A stretch of 64,000 bases of DNA from Planctomycetia bacterium (lineage in GTDB: Bacteria; Planctomycetota; Planctomycetia; Pirellulales; Thermoguttaceae), in assembly GCA_030527205.1 (NCBI GenBank), contig JAUNBG010000010.1:21556-85555 (forward strand), written 5' to 3'. Numbering within the stretch: the stretch's first letter is position 1; each line of letters begins with the position of its first letter. The notes below the pieces were generated by a model that was not told the origin of the DNA, did not search any database, and saw nothing but the letters and a program-made list of their open reading frames with translations. A program made the translations under genes and the position numbers. Shown piece after piece: positions 18,393 through 27,982 of the stretch.

Positions 18393-21224
18393 TTAAAGTT
18401 CCAGAATTTCGCCGTCCGCCAATTCGATGAAATGAATCGTTCCTGTTTCCTGATTTCGGAGTTTAAGTTTCAGCGTTTTGCCTTTTTCAAACGGTCCAAA
18501 ATCGGTTTTCAACTGATTTTTGTAAATCGCTTTCATTTTTTGCGTTACATTTTCCTGATCGTTCTTTTGAGTCGGCTCGAAAATTTCGATTTTCATCGCG
18601 GTTGAATCGCAACTCAAATCGCCGTTATTGCTGACCATAAAATCGATATATTGGAAAGAATCGTCAGAAATCTTCTCAATAAATTCAACGGCATCAACTC
18701 CGGTCGTTGCCCGGTTGCCCGTTGTCGGAAATGCTGAAATCGAACGAACCGTTCCGTCTTTTTCACAGATCGACATTTCATAAAAAATGCCGTCCATACT
18801 TCCTCGCGCCAGAATCGTTCCGGCCAACGTCAAACCCTTTTTGAACGATTGTTGTTTTGGCGTCCAGCGAACAAGAATCGCGGAATTTGGGTCAACAATC
18901 GGATGCGTCAAAAGAAAACGATTGAGTTGATCGGCGGGAATGACTTTATCGAATATCTGTTCCGTAAAATACATTTTCCAATTGACGTCCTGATTCGGGG
19001 ACGGATCATGATTCGCCAAAAAACCGAGACCGGAAGGATCGCCGCAACCAAAAGCGAACCCAGACGGAGTTCCATAAACATTCGCGCCGGAAGAGAGCGG
19101 AATCAAATTGCCTTCCGCAGACGTCGGTTGACGTTTGTCTTTCAGCAGCCAGTAAGACCAGGAACCGGTTTTCGCGCTGTCGTCAAAAACGGCGATTTGA
19201 TCGGTTTTGCCTGCCGGAGAAACATAATCGGCGGCCAAATCCGCAAGTTTATTTCCCTGGGCTTCAAACAGTTTTTCAATGGGACCTTTCGCTTTCGGAC
19301 CATAAAGAGCGGCGACAATGTCTTCGTAAGCCGAAGTTCGAGGTTCCGTAAAGAGTTCATCTTTCATCAAACGAACCGGAGCCGCGTCGTTCATATCGGG
19401 AATATAAAAATAGATATCCAGACTGCTCGGGTCTGTAAATTCTGTGAAGACGACGTCAACTTGATCCCCGCTTTTTTCGATATTTGTCCAGGCTTTGGCG
19501 GCAACTTTCTGACCATTCGGACGAATGGAATCATCGGCAATCGGTTCGCCAATGCTCGACGGATCAATAACCAAATCGCGATATTGGCCGATTTTCGATA
19601 AAAGTTCCGGATTCTGGGCTTCGCCGATTCCGAAAAGAACCGGGCCTCGCATTAAAGCAACGCGACCTTGCTGAGTCGCCCGACCAATAACGAGTCGCCA
19701 GCTCATCGGCATTGAAATTTGAACCGTATCGCCTGTTTTCCAAACGCGATTCAAAACATAACCGCCCAATTCGGATTCCGCTGGATTAATATCGATCGCT
19801 TTTTCATCGTTGACGCGAACCGTCATTGTTTCCGCCCAGCGAGGCGTTCGGAAACGGAACGCGAACTCAACCGGTCTGGAAACCGTAAAGCTCAATTTGA
19901 CTTCGCCGTCGTTCGGATAATTCGTCTCTTCCAGAATTTCGACTGTTGAGCCCTTAACTTCAAACGATTTTTGCGAATCCGTATAAAGATTCAACGCGAT
20001 TCCTTCATCGGGAGTTCGGAACCAAACCTTATTCGGGATTTCCGCAACGGCGCGTCGGAAGTTGCCATTACAGCAAAATGTATCAATTTCTTGAAATTGT
20101 CGCTTGCCTGTGAACGGCGTAAAATAGCAAATTCGACGACCATTCGGCTCTTGAGCCGCAAAAAGGGCGTTATAAATCGTTCGTTCAAGAATATCTCCGT
20201 AACGCAAATCGCCTTCAATCCGCATAAGACTGTCAAAGAGCCGCAAAAGATAAGCCGTCACGCAAGATTCTTCAACCGCTCCGGCGCCGTCTTGATTATA
20301 AGTAAAATACTCCCCTTGCGAACTGGAACCCGTAATAAGCAGAGCGCCATGCCCTTCTTCAAGAAGTTCATGTTTCATCCAACGGCTTTTTTTCAAAAGA
20401 TTTTCGTCGCCGCAAAGTCGATAGCGTTCCGTTTCCGGATACATATGCGACAGCATGACATAAAGATGAAAAGGACGATTCGGAATATTCGCTGCCCATT
20501 CGTCATACGGTTCATAAAACCAATGCGGTTCATATTGCAGATTACAGGCGTAATCCCAATATTTTTCTTCCCCGGTCAAACGATAAAGTTCGACAAAACC
20601 TTCGGCAATTCCGGCGATTGAAATGCCGGCGGGAATGTTATAAATCCCTTCTTCATTGATCGGGAACGATTTCATTATATAATCGGCCATAATTTTCGCG
20701 TCTTCCAGAGACTTTTTGTCCCCAGTCATCCGATAATGACGCGTCAAAGCCAAATTGATATATTCCTGTTCATGCAGAATCCAGTTGATATGATTCTGTT
20801 TATTGTTCGGTTCAACGTTCCAAAATCCCAAATAACCGTCTGCGTCGCGGGTTTTTCGAAGTTCGTCGATCAAATAATGCGTTCGAGCGTCAACTTTCGG
20901 GTCATTCGTATAAGCGGTAAAAAGACTTCCGGCGTCAATAACTTTCCCGATCCCATAATAAACGCTGCCCCGATCGCCTCGGTCTTCCCGATGACGAAAA
21001 TGGTTGAGCCAATGAGCATCAAAATCGACAACCATATAATTTTTGTAGATCAAATCCTGAATACGACGATCAAGTTCGCCGCCAAGTTCTTGACTATTGA
21101 GAACAACTCGTTGAAGGCCGTCCGTTACGACCGGTTGAACAACGTCTCGATCATCCGCAAAAACGAATGACAATGAGACACAATAAATCATAAACGACAC
21201 AATAAGCATTTTTTGTTTAATCAT
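18393..21224 (-). CDS. GH127/GH146-like (DUF1680) beta-L-arabinofuranosidase-family protein with a ~300-aa C-terminal extension
   Basis: 943 aa with a signal peptide. The spacing of ESCVTAY and FCCNGNFRR resembles the Glu-x-Cys and CC..N Zn/catalytic cysteine motifs of GH127. Confidence 0.65.
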   Translation of the reverse strand: MIKQKMLIVSFMIYCVSLSFVFADDRDVVQPVVTDGLQRVVLNSQELGGELDRRIQDLIYKNYMVVDFDAHWLNHFRHREDRGDRGSVYYGIGKVIDAGSLFTAYTNDPKVDARTHYLIDELRKTRDADGYLGFWNVEPNNKQNHINWILHEQEYINLALTRHYRMTGDKKSLEDAKIMADYIMKSFPINEEGIYNIPAGISIAGIAEGFVELYRLTGEEKYWDYACNLQYEPHWFYEPYDEWAANIPNRPFHLYVMLSHMYPETERYRLCGDENLLKKSRWMKHELLEEGHGALLITGSSSQGEYFTYNQDGAGAVEESCVTAYLLRLFDSLMRIEGDLRYGDILERTIYNALFAAQEPNGRRICYFTPFTGKRQFQEIDTFCCNGNFRRAVAEIPNKVWFRTPDEGIALNLYTDSQKSFEVKGSTVEILEETNYPNDGEVKLSFTVSRPVEFAFRFRTPRWAETMTVRVNDEKAIDINPAESELGGYVLNRVWKTGDTVQISMPMSWRLVIGRATQQGRVALMRGPVLFGIGEAQNPELLSKIGQYRDLVIDPSSIGEPIADDSIRPNGQKVAAKAWTNIEKSGDQVDVVFTEFTDPSSLDIYFYIPDMNDAAPVRLMKDELFTEPRTSAYEDIVAALYGPKAKGPIEKLFEAQGNKLADLAADYVSPAGKTDQIAVFDDSAKTGSWSYWLLKDKRQPTSAEGNLIPLSSGANVYGTPSGFAFGCGDPSGLGFLANHDPSPNQDVNWKMYFTEQIFDKVIPADQLNRFLLTHPIVDPNSAILVRWTPKQQSFKKGLTLAGTILARGSMDGIFYEMSICEKDGTVRSISAFPTTGNRATTGVDAVEFIEKISDDSFQYIDFMVSNNGDLSCDSTAMKIEIFEPTQKNDQENVTQKMKAIYKNQLKTDFGPFEKGKTLKLKLRNQETGTIHFIELADGEILEL

Positions 21225-21497
21225 TTAGTATTATCCTGACTTCTTTGGTTAAAAACTGGATTATCAACGACCAAAAGAGAAATTACTTGCAATTGATTTA
21301 AGAAAATCAATATAAGAGAACACACAATTATTGATTATAAGACAATGGCCAGAAAATGAATGATGATTCCAACTTAAACAGGCATTTCAACTCGTCACGA
21401 GAAAAATGAATATCAAAAATTTATACCGAAGTCGTTCTGACCGACAAAATTCGCCCATTTTGGCTTCGGCATAAAAATTCATTCGTATGCCTTAAAG

Positions 21498-21977
21498 TTA
21501 TTTATAACGTTCAACTTTAAAATCAAACGATTGTTGCGAACCATCAACATTACAGGTTAACGGCGTTGTTGAAGCCTTTGTATATTGAACGGCAACGGCA
21601 GGAACCAACATCCGGTCGCCCATTATTTGAGCCCCTTCCGGAACATTTTTCGGAACAATCGGCTGCATGGAAACAGCGCCGTCGCCGGACTTTTCCATTT
21701 CGAGTTGTTCAATCGTTTCGGTTGCGTTCAGATAAACTTTATATTCTCCTTTGGGAAGACCCCCATTGAGTTTTTCGCCCCCGAGTTGATATTGTCCGTT
21801 CGCGTCCAACGTTCCGCGCGCAACATAATCTGCTTTTTGAAAACAGACCGTTCCCGTTGTTACTGGGGTTCCGTCGTCAAAGGTTACTTTGCCGCCAAAT
21901 TTGACATTTTTGCTACAACCCACAACAAGGCCTGTCGTCAGAGCGAACAACAACAATAATAAAGCGTATTTTCTCAT
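21498..21977 (-). CDS. Small lipoprotein (beta-rich, carboxypeptidase-regulatory-like)
   Basis: 159 aa with a lipobox, LLFALTTGLVVGC. It lies directly downstream of the DUF1559 gene, a pairing common in planctomycetes. Confidence 0.6.
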   Translation of the reverse strand: MRKYALLLLLFALTTGLVVGCSKNVKFGGKVTFDDGTPVTTGTVCFQKADYVARGTLDANGQYQLGGEKLNGGLPKGEYKVYLNATETIEQLEMEKSGDGAVSMQPIVPKNVPEGAQIMGDRMLVPAVAVQYTKASTTPLTCNVDGSQQSFDFKVERYK

Positions 21978-22063
21978 TTTTATGTCTCAATAAACAACAA
22001 AGAGTAAATGAAACGACAAAAAACGATTTTGCCGTTTGAGTAAAAAAAAACAACATAAATAAT

Positions 22064-23179
22064 TTACAGAGCCGAAACAGCTTTGCCGTCATTAACAACG
22101 CTCAGAGGATAAAGAACTTCATGCGGCGTCGTTACGGAAATCGGATGAACGGAACCGTCGCCATAAAGGAAATTGACAACGCTGGGATGAGCCGACCCGA
22201 ATTTATGTCCAGACCAACCGTCTTCTTCGCCCGGTAACGCAATAACTTCAGCCCAACCCGGATCGAAAGTTCGAGCGATTGACGTTACTGAAGTTCCATT
22301 TTCGCCCGCGCAAAGATAAGAGCAGTCGCCGCCAACCCAATCGCAGATTCCGAAAGTTGAAAAGTTCCCGCCATTATATGTATAATGTTTTTCGCCAAAA
22401 CAAAACTGATTGCTCGTTCCGTCTTTCATCCAGGAGAAATTATCGCGCGGTTTCCAGGTTTTCATGACGTCGCGTCCCGGAATTCCGTCAACGGTATAAT
22501 CGGATTTCGCAATTCGGAACGGACCGCGAAGATTATAACAATCAACCATTGAATGTTGATACCACATATTGCCGACAAGGTTTCCATTGGCGTCAAGTCC
22601 GCTGCAAACAACCATTGCATAACTGGTTTGCGGACCTTGAAAATATTGAGCCCCGCTTGTTCGGGACGCAGCGGTCGGTTTACTGATCATTGCGGGCGCA
22701 TTATGTCGGGAAGGACAAAGATAAGCCGAAACAGAACCAAACGCTTCGCGCTGTTCTTCAGTAAGCGGAGGAGCCATTCCAGAGAACAAAGTTTCGCTGC
22801 CCCACCAACAGTTGGTCGTCAACCCTTTGGAGAACGAATCGTTGTTATAACCGTCTGACGTATTGCAAATCAGGTCATACAATGAATTCTGTTCAAGATA
22901 AGGGAACAACAACGGAAAAATCGACATTCGATAAGGCGCCAAAACATTCGGCGGCAAACCGTTTTGCGTATCATGAAAATTATGAATCGCCAAACCGATT
23001 TGCTTCAGGTTATTTGTGCATTGCATACGGCGAGCCGCTTCTCGAGCTGCTTGAACAGCGGGCAAAAGAAGACCGATGAGAATTCCGATGATCGCAATGA
23101 CGACCAACAATTCGACAAGGGTAAACCCCTTTCGGAAGAGTTTGCCCCCCCCCTCAAATTTAACATTACTTGTAGACAT
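22064..23179 (-). CDS. DUF1559 protein with a prepilin-type N-terminal cleavage/methylation domain and an H-X9-DG motif
   Basis: [54 protein letters not shown] at the N-terminus and [14 protein letters not shown] near the C-terminus. The ATG at 23179 has a GGAGAA upstream. Confidence 0.85.
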   Translation of the reverse strand: MSTSNVKFEGGGKLFRKGFTLVELLVVIAIIGILIGLLLPAVQAAREAARRMQCTNNLKQIGLAIHNFHDTQNGLPPNVLAPYRMSIFPLLFPYLEQNSLYDLICNTSDGYNNDSFSKGLTTNCWWGSETLFSGMAPPLTEEQREAFGSVSAYLCPSRHNAPAMISKPTAASRTSGAQYFQGPQTSYAMVVCSGLDANGNLVGNMWYQHSMVDCYNLRGPFRIAKSDYTVDGIPGRDVMKTWKPRDNFSWMKDGTSNQFCFGEKHYTYNGGNFSTFGICDWVGGDCSYLCAGENGTSVTSIARTFDPGWAEVIALPGEEDGWSGHKFGSAHPSVVNFLYGDGSVHPISVTTPHEVLYPLSVVNDGKAVSAL

Positions 23180-23270
23180 TGAATTTTCTCCATTCAAAAA
23201 CAACAGCAAAAATAATGCTGTAAAGACAAAATTTTACGAACTGTATTATATGAAAGGAAAATATTGAAAA

Positions 23271-23380
23271 AGGAAGTTCTAAAAACTCGGATTTTGTAAC
23301 AACCCCAATTCGGCAAACAGCGTTAAAACCAGTTCCTTCGGACGAGACGTCCGCGCTCCGAAGGGGTTTCAGAACTTCCT
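23271..23380 (+). repeat. MITE-like palindromic intergenic element, copy 2 (forward)
   Basis: AGGAAGTTCTAAAAAC ... TCGGACGAGACGTCCGCGCTCC ... GGTTTCAGAACTTCCT. Confidence 0.9.
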
Positions 23381-23985
23381 AAAAGTAATATTCCTTTCAT
23401 CACAAAAATAAAAAAACAATAACCCCCAGATCATTTTGACAAGTTCAGCGTTGATAATCAAGTTATGAAATGGCAAAACGGTTGCCCGACCCGGAACCGG
23501 GATACCCAATCGCCTTCTATTAGCCGCTCGACATTCAAACAATTGCAAAAACAAGTCGGGGTCTTTAAAACGATTAATTGTATTCCAAAACAATTATTTT
23601 TTTATTATAATGAGCCGTTTTAAAAAAAACAAGTCTGAAAATGCGTATAATTTTACAATTTTGCGCAAAACAGGAAGATTTTTTCTTTTTCTTGAAAAAT
23701 GAAAAAATATGAATAAAAGACGAAGAAGAACAATTTAGAAAAAAAATCGGGAAAATGTTTTTATTCAAATGTTTTTTTTTGCAAAAAAAACAATGAATTA
23801 ATTATAAAATCGTTAATCTCCCCCTTTACAAAGATCATAACGCCCCAATCCGTTTCTTAAAAAAGAAAATGGAAATGTTTCAAAAGAGGAACGTTTCAAA
23901 AGGGGTCAGGAAGTCTGCCTGAACAATAGAAAAACAATGCCCGGATTAAAACTTGAAGGCTCAGGTTCAGCGTTGAAAGCAAGGA

Positions 23986-25077
23986 TCATTTCGTTTTTTG
24001 CAACAAAAAACATTCCGCAAGTCTTTTCATTCCTTCTTCGGTTGAGATAAAAGGGCGATAATTGAAATCTTTCTTCGCTTTGGAAATATCAAACCAATAT
24101 GATTGAGCCAGCTGCGTTGCCAAAAAACGAGTCATTGGCGGTTCGCCATTAAGCCGAAAGAGTCGATAAAAACCTTCATAACAAGCGCCGAGCGTCCAGG
24201 CCATTTTGAAAGAAATTCGCTTTTTAACTGTTGGAAGTCCGACAAGCTCCAGAATCTGATTGATCCAATTCCAACAATTGACCGGTTCCCCTTGCGAAAG
24301 ATAATAGACGCTTCCGGCAACGGGACTGTTTGCCTCCAACGCATCGGCAGCAAGCAAATGAGCAAGGGCCGCATTTTCGACATAAATCATATCAAGCATA
24401 TTTTGACCGTCGCCGACTTGAACCAGATTTCCCTTTTTCGCTCGTTCCAAAAGCCGCGGAATTAAATGATGATCGCGAGGTCCCCAAATAAGCCGGGGGC
24501 GCAAAGCGCAAGTCAGAAGAACCTCGGACGACTGCGATAAAACAGCATTCGAACGTTTCGATTGATTCAGTTTGGGAAAGAATCCCCATTGAGAAACGAT
24601 ATGGTCATCAAACGACATTCCATTGGACTGAAGAACCAATTGTTCCGCGATCGCCTTGGTCTCTTGATAATAGGAAAGAAATCGACGCGGATAAGGCGTC
24701 GATTCGTCAACGCCCAATTGCGGAACGCCAGCATCGGTTACGCTCGGACTGCTCGTATAAATCAGCTTGGAAACGCGATGAGCCAAACAGGCATCAATAA
24801 CATTTTGCGTTCCAAGGACGTTGGTCTCATAAAACGGCTGACGCTTTAAACTGATTCCTGGCAAAGACGCTGTATGATAAACAACATTGCAATCGGCGCA
24901 AGCGGCAAAAACGCGTTCTCGATCCCTTAAATCAGCCCGAAAAACTTCGACTCCCAGCTCGGTTAACTCTGGATAATTGCCGCGTCCCATTACTCGAACG
25001 CTTTCGCCGCGTCGAATAAGCTGCTCAACAATATATAAACCAAGAAATCCGCCGCCGCCAATGACAAGATTCTTCAT
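23986..25077 (-). CDS. NAD-dependent epimerase/dehydratase, 3-beta-hydroxysteroid dehydrogenase/isomerase-like
   Basis: 363 aa. The N-terminal VIGGGGFLGLYIVEQL Rossmann motif, YxxxK (YQETK), and overall extended-SDR architecture. Confidence 0.8.
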   Translation of the reverse strand: MKNLVIGGGGFLGLYIVEQLIRRGESVRVMGRGNYPELTELGVEVFRADLRDRERVFAACADCNVVYHTASLPGISLKRQPFYETNVLGTQNVIDACLAHRVSKLIYTSSPSVTDAGVPQLGVDESTPYPRRFLSYYQETKAIAEQLVLQSNGMSFDDHIVSQWGFFPKLNQSKRSNAVLSQSSEVLLTCALRPRLIWGPRDHHLIPRLLERAKKGNLVQVGDGQNMLDMIYVENAALAHLLAADALEANSPVAGSVYYLSQGEPVNCWNWINQILELVGLPTVKKRISFKMAWTLGACYEGFYRLFRLNGEPPMTRFLATQLAQSYWFDISKAKKDFNYRPFISTEEGMKRLAECFLLQKTK

Positions 25078-25352
25078 ATTCTTTCTGTATACTCTTTATT
25101 TGCCCTGATTTTAAAAAACCGATCAATCAATACATTCAGCTTGTTTTACGGATATTTCTTATTATAACATTCATTTTGAATACTGCAATTCTGTCTATTC
25201 TGCGTATTTTATCCATGCTTACATTTTTGCAAATTTTTTTGAAAATTTCGAAAAAATTGCTAAAGTTTTGGTTGCAAACTTCCGCAGTTCTGTTAAACTA
25301 AATTTTGTTTTGTGGGAAACATGCCCATCCGAAGCCATAACATCCAAAAAGC

Positions 25353-25853
25353 GTGGGAAACAATCCCGTGTCCGAAAACCGTCCTTTGATCCTTGGCGAA
25401 TTCAGCCGTCGTTTTGATGATCGATTTCGACTTTCACTTCCCGGCGAAATCCTCGAATCATTCAAACCGAAGGACGGAGATTGTATCATTGCGAAGGAAC
25501 GTTCCGGTTGTATCAGTCTTTGGGATCAAACCGCCTGGAAGGAAAAACTTGACGCCAGAATCCAACTCATTCAACAACGAATCATGTTGGGAGATTTGGA
25601 ACAGCAAATGCCGCAATTACAAATGCTCGGTCGGCTTCTTTCAACGCGACATCGTCCGATTCAACTTGATGGGCGCGGTCGACTTTTGATGCCCGAAGGT
25701 TTTCGCGAATTTTTGAAAGCCGAAACAGGCGGCGAAGTCATGATCGTTGGAGCAGCCGTTTGCATCGAAATCTGGAACCCTAAAAAATGGATTTCTTATA
25801 TTGAAGGGAAAATGCCCAAATTCCGAAAACTCCTGACAAAATTAAGCGGATGA
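25353..25853 (+). CDS. mraZ: MraZ-family transcriptional regulator (two SpoVT/AbrB-like halves)
   Basis: FDDRFRLSLPGEI in the first half and QLDGRGRLLMPEGFREFL...EIWNPKKW in the second half match the duplicated MraZ DxxxR motif. Start is GTG at 25353 or 25368 (uncertain). Confidence 0.7.
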   Translation: MGNNPVSENRPLILGEFSRRFDDRFRLSLPGEILESFKPKDGDCIIAKERSGCISLWDQTAWKEKLDARIQLIQQRIMLGDLEQQMPQLQMLGRLLSTRHRPIQLDGRGRLLMPEGFREFLKAETGGEVMIVGAAVCIEIWNPKKWISYIEGKMPKFRKLLTKLSG

Positions 25854-26289
25854 ATCAAATGATTATACTCAAGCCAGCTCAAAAATCGAGATCGCCGCTT
25901 TTTTAAGCCCGACGATACTAAATGAATTACGAAAGCCGAGCTCAGTTGTTTTTAATGACTTTTGGTTCTTTTACAATTTGATTATCCCATTATTAATTAT
26001 TTATCAACACAAAAAACTAAAATTTCAGTAAAAAATAAAAGTCGAACACCAAATCCCGTTTGCGGATATTTAGCATAAGATTCAATTATAACCCCCCGGT
26101 CGTCATCCGAAGGGAAATGCAAGTCGTCAGCTTTTTTTGTTCTGAATCGAAATGACTAAAGTCCGCAGCGGGAATTTTTCTTTTTTCAACAAGTTATTGT
26201 CTCCCGACGCCTCTGATTGACGCATTCGCAAGATCGGCAACAATGGGCAGATTTTGCAAAGTCCGTTGTCCATATCGGCATTGATAATC

Positions 26290-26403
26290 AGGAAGTTCTC
26301 AACCTCCAGATTTTTCAACAAACGGATTTCGTATAAAAACGTTAAAACGAGTTTTTGCGGACGAGACGTCTGCGTTCCAAACGGGTTTTTAGGACGACTT
26401 CCT
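26290..26403 (+). repeat. MITE-like palindromic intergenic element, copy 3 (forward)
   Basis: AGGAAGTTCTCAAC ... CAACAAACGGATTTCG ... GCGGACGAGACGTCTGCGTTCC ... GTTTTTAGGACGACTTCCT. It ends 8 bp from the comM stop. Confidence 0.9.
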
Positions 26404-26410
26404 TATTATA

Positions 26411-27952
26411 TTATGACCAAAGCTTTCGATCAAGCGTTCGATAACTAATTGCTTCATAAAGATGATCCGGCTTGATATTGACTTCATTATCTAAATCGGC
26501 GATTGTTCGGGCAATTCTGAGAATTTTATCATGAGCTCGGGCAGAAAACCCCAATTCATTCATTGCCGATTTGAGTATTTGATGACCTTCATCGTCAATT
26601 TTACAGAAAAGTTGAATCTGCCGATGCGTCATATCGGCGTTATATCGAGCGCGAGACCGTTGAAATCTTCTGGATTGAATGGTTCGAGCGTCGAGAACCG
26701 CTTTACGAATCATTTCGCTTGACGTTCCGTTCTGTTTGGAGGACAATTCCATATAATCGACCGGCGGAACTTCAATATGAATATCGATCCGATCTAAAAG
26801 CGGACCGCTAATTCTCGACATATAGCGTTCAATCTGCGCCGGATTGCAACGACAATTTCGTCGGGGATCGTTTCGATAACCGCAAGGACAGGGATTCAAT
26901 GCGGCAATGAGAATGAAATTGGCGGGAAAAGTATTTGACTGCGTTGCCCGGGAAATTGTAACTTTGCCATCCTCCAAAGGCTGACGAAGAACTTCGAGCG
27001 TTCCGCGATTGAATTCAGGGAGTTCGTCAAGAAACAGAACGCCGTTATGAGCCAAACTGATTTCGCCTGGCATCGGATTGGAACCGCCGCCGACAAGTCC
27101 CGCTTCGCTGATTGTATGATGAGGCTCCCGAAAGGGACGGGTCACAATTAAAGGGATCTCTTGTTTGATTTGACCCAAAGCGCTATAAACTTGCGTTGTT
27201 TCCAGCGATTCATCAAGCGTCATTGTAGGCAGAACGGTCGGGAAACGTTTGGCCAACATTGTTTTTCCCGTCCCAGGCGAACCGATCATCAGAATATTAT
27301 GTCCCCCGGCTGCCGCAACAGTTAGCGCTCTTTTGGCCGTTTCCTGGCCTCGGACTTCAACAAAATCGACGTCATAATTGCTATAATTGGAAAAAAGATC
27401 TTCTGCTTGATTTGGAATAGCCTCAATTTCAAGTTCGCCCGATAAAAAGCCAACCGCCTGGGCTAAATGCGAAATCGGAATAATGTCGATCCCTTCAACG
27501 ACCGACGCTTCAGAGGCGTTTTGTAACGGAATTAAAATTCCCTTGAGCCGTTTGTTTCGCGCTGTTGCCAAAGCCATTGCCAGAATTCCTTTACTGGATC
27601 GCATCGAACCGTCGAGCGCCAGTTCGCCAACCATTGCGTAATAAGGAAACATATCCGTCTGCAATTGACGATTGCATCCGGCAATGACTCCGAGCGAAAT
27701 GGGAAGATCAAAAGAGGCCGCTTGCTTCGGAATGTCTGCTGGCGCAAGATTGATGACAACGTTATGCTGCGGAGATTGAAATCCGGAGTTTTCAACGGCT
27801 CGAACAACTCGATGATAACTTTCGCGAACAACCGTTTCCGGAAGTCCAACCAAAACAACTTTCGGAAGTCCCTCATTAGAAATATCAACTTCGACTTCAA
27901 CGGGAATCGCCTCAATTCCATGAAGCGTAAAGGTTTGTAATTTGACGAGCAT
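26411..27952 (-). CDS. comM: YifB/ComM-family Mg-chelatase-like AAA+ ATPase
   Basis: 513 aa. The N-terminal LHGIEAIPVEVEVDIS.GLP, Walker A GSPGTGKTMLA, and LFLDELPEF. Confidence 0.9.
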   Translation of the reverse strand: MLVKLQTFTLHGIEAIPVEVEVDISNEGLPKVVLVGLPETVVRESYHRVVRAVENSGFQSPQHNVVINLAPADIPKQAASFDLPISLGVIAGCNRQLQTDMFPYYAMVGELALDGSMRSSKGILAMALATARNKRLKGILIPLQNASEASVVEGIDIIPISHLAQAVGFLSGELEIEAIPNQAEDLFSNYSNYDVDFVEVRGQETAKRALTVAAAGGHNILMIGSPGTGKTMLAKRFPTVLPTMTLDESLETTQVYSALGQIKQEIPLIVTRPFREPHHTISEAGLVGGGSNPMPGEISLAHNGVLFLDELPEFNRGTLEVLRQPLEDGKVTISRATQSNTFPANFILIAALNPCPCGYRNDPRRNCRCNPAQIERYMSRISGPLLDRIDIHIEVPPVDYMELSSKQNGTSSEMIRKAVLDARTIQSRRFQRSRARYNADMTHRQIQLFCKIDDEGHQILKSAMNELGFSARAHDKILRIARTIADLDNEVNIKPDHLYEAISYRTLDRKLWS

Positions 27953-27982
27953 CGGATTTCCTGTTTTTTGTTCATTAAATTA

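Noticed and set aside
23441-23983. Direct repeat of the 12-mer GTTCAGCGTTGA (23443-23454 and 23965-23976) flanking the AT-rich stretch, considered as att or TSD-like sites
   Set aside because: Only a 12-nt exact core is shared. A back-of-envelope estimate gives a couple of such matches within 600 bp by chance across a 64-kb window, so it is not significant on its own.
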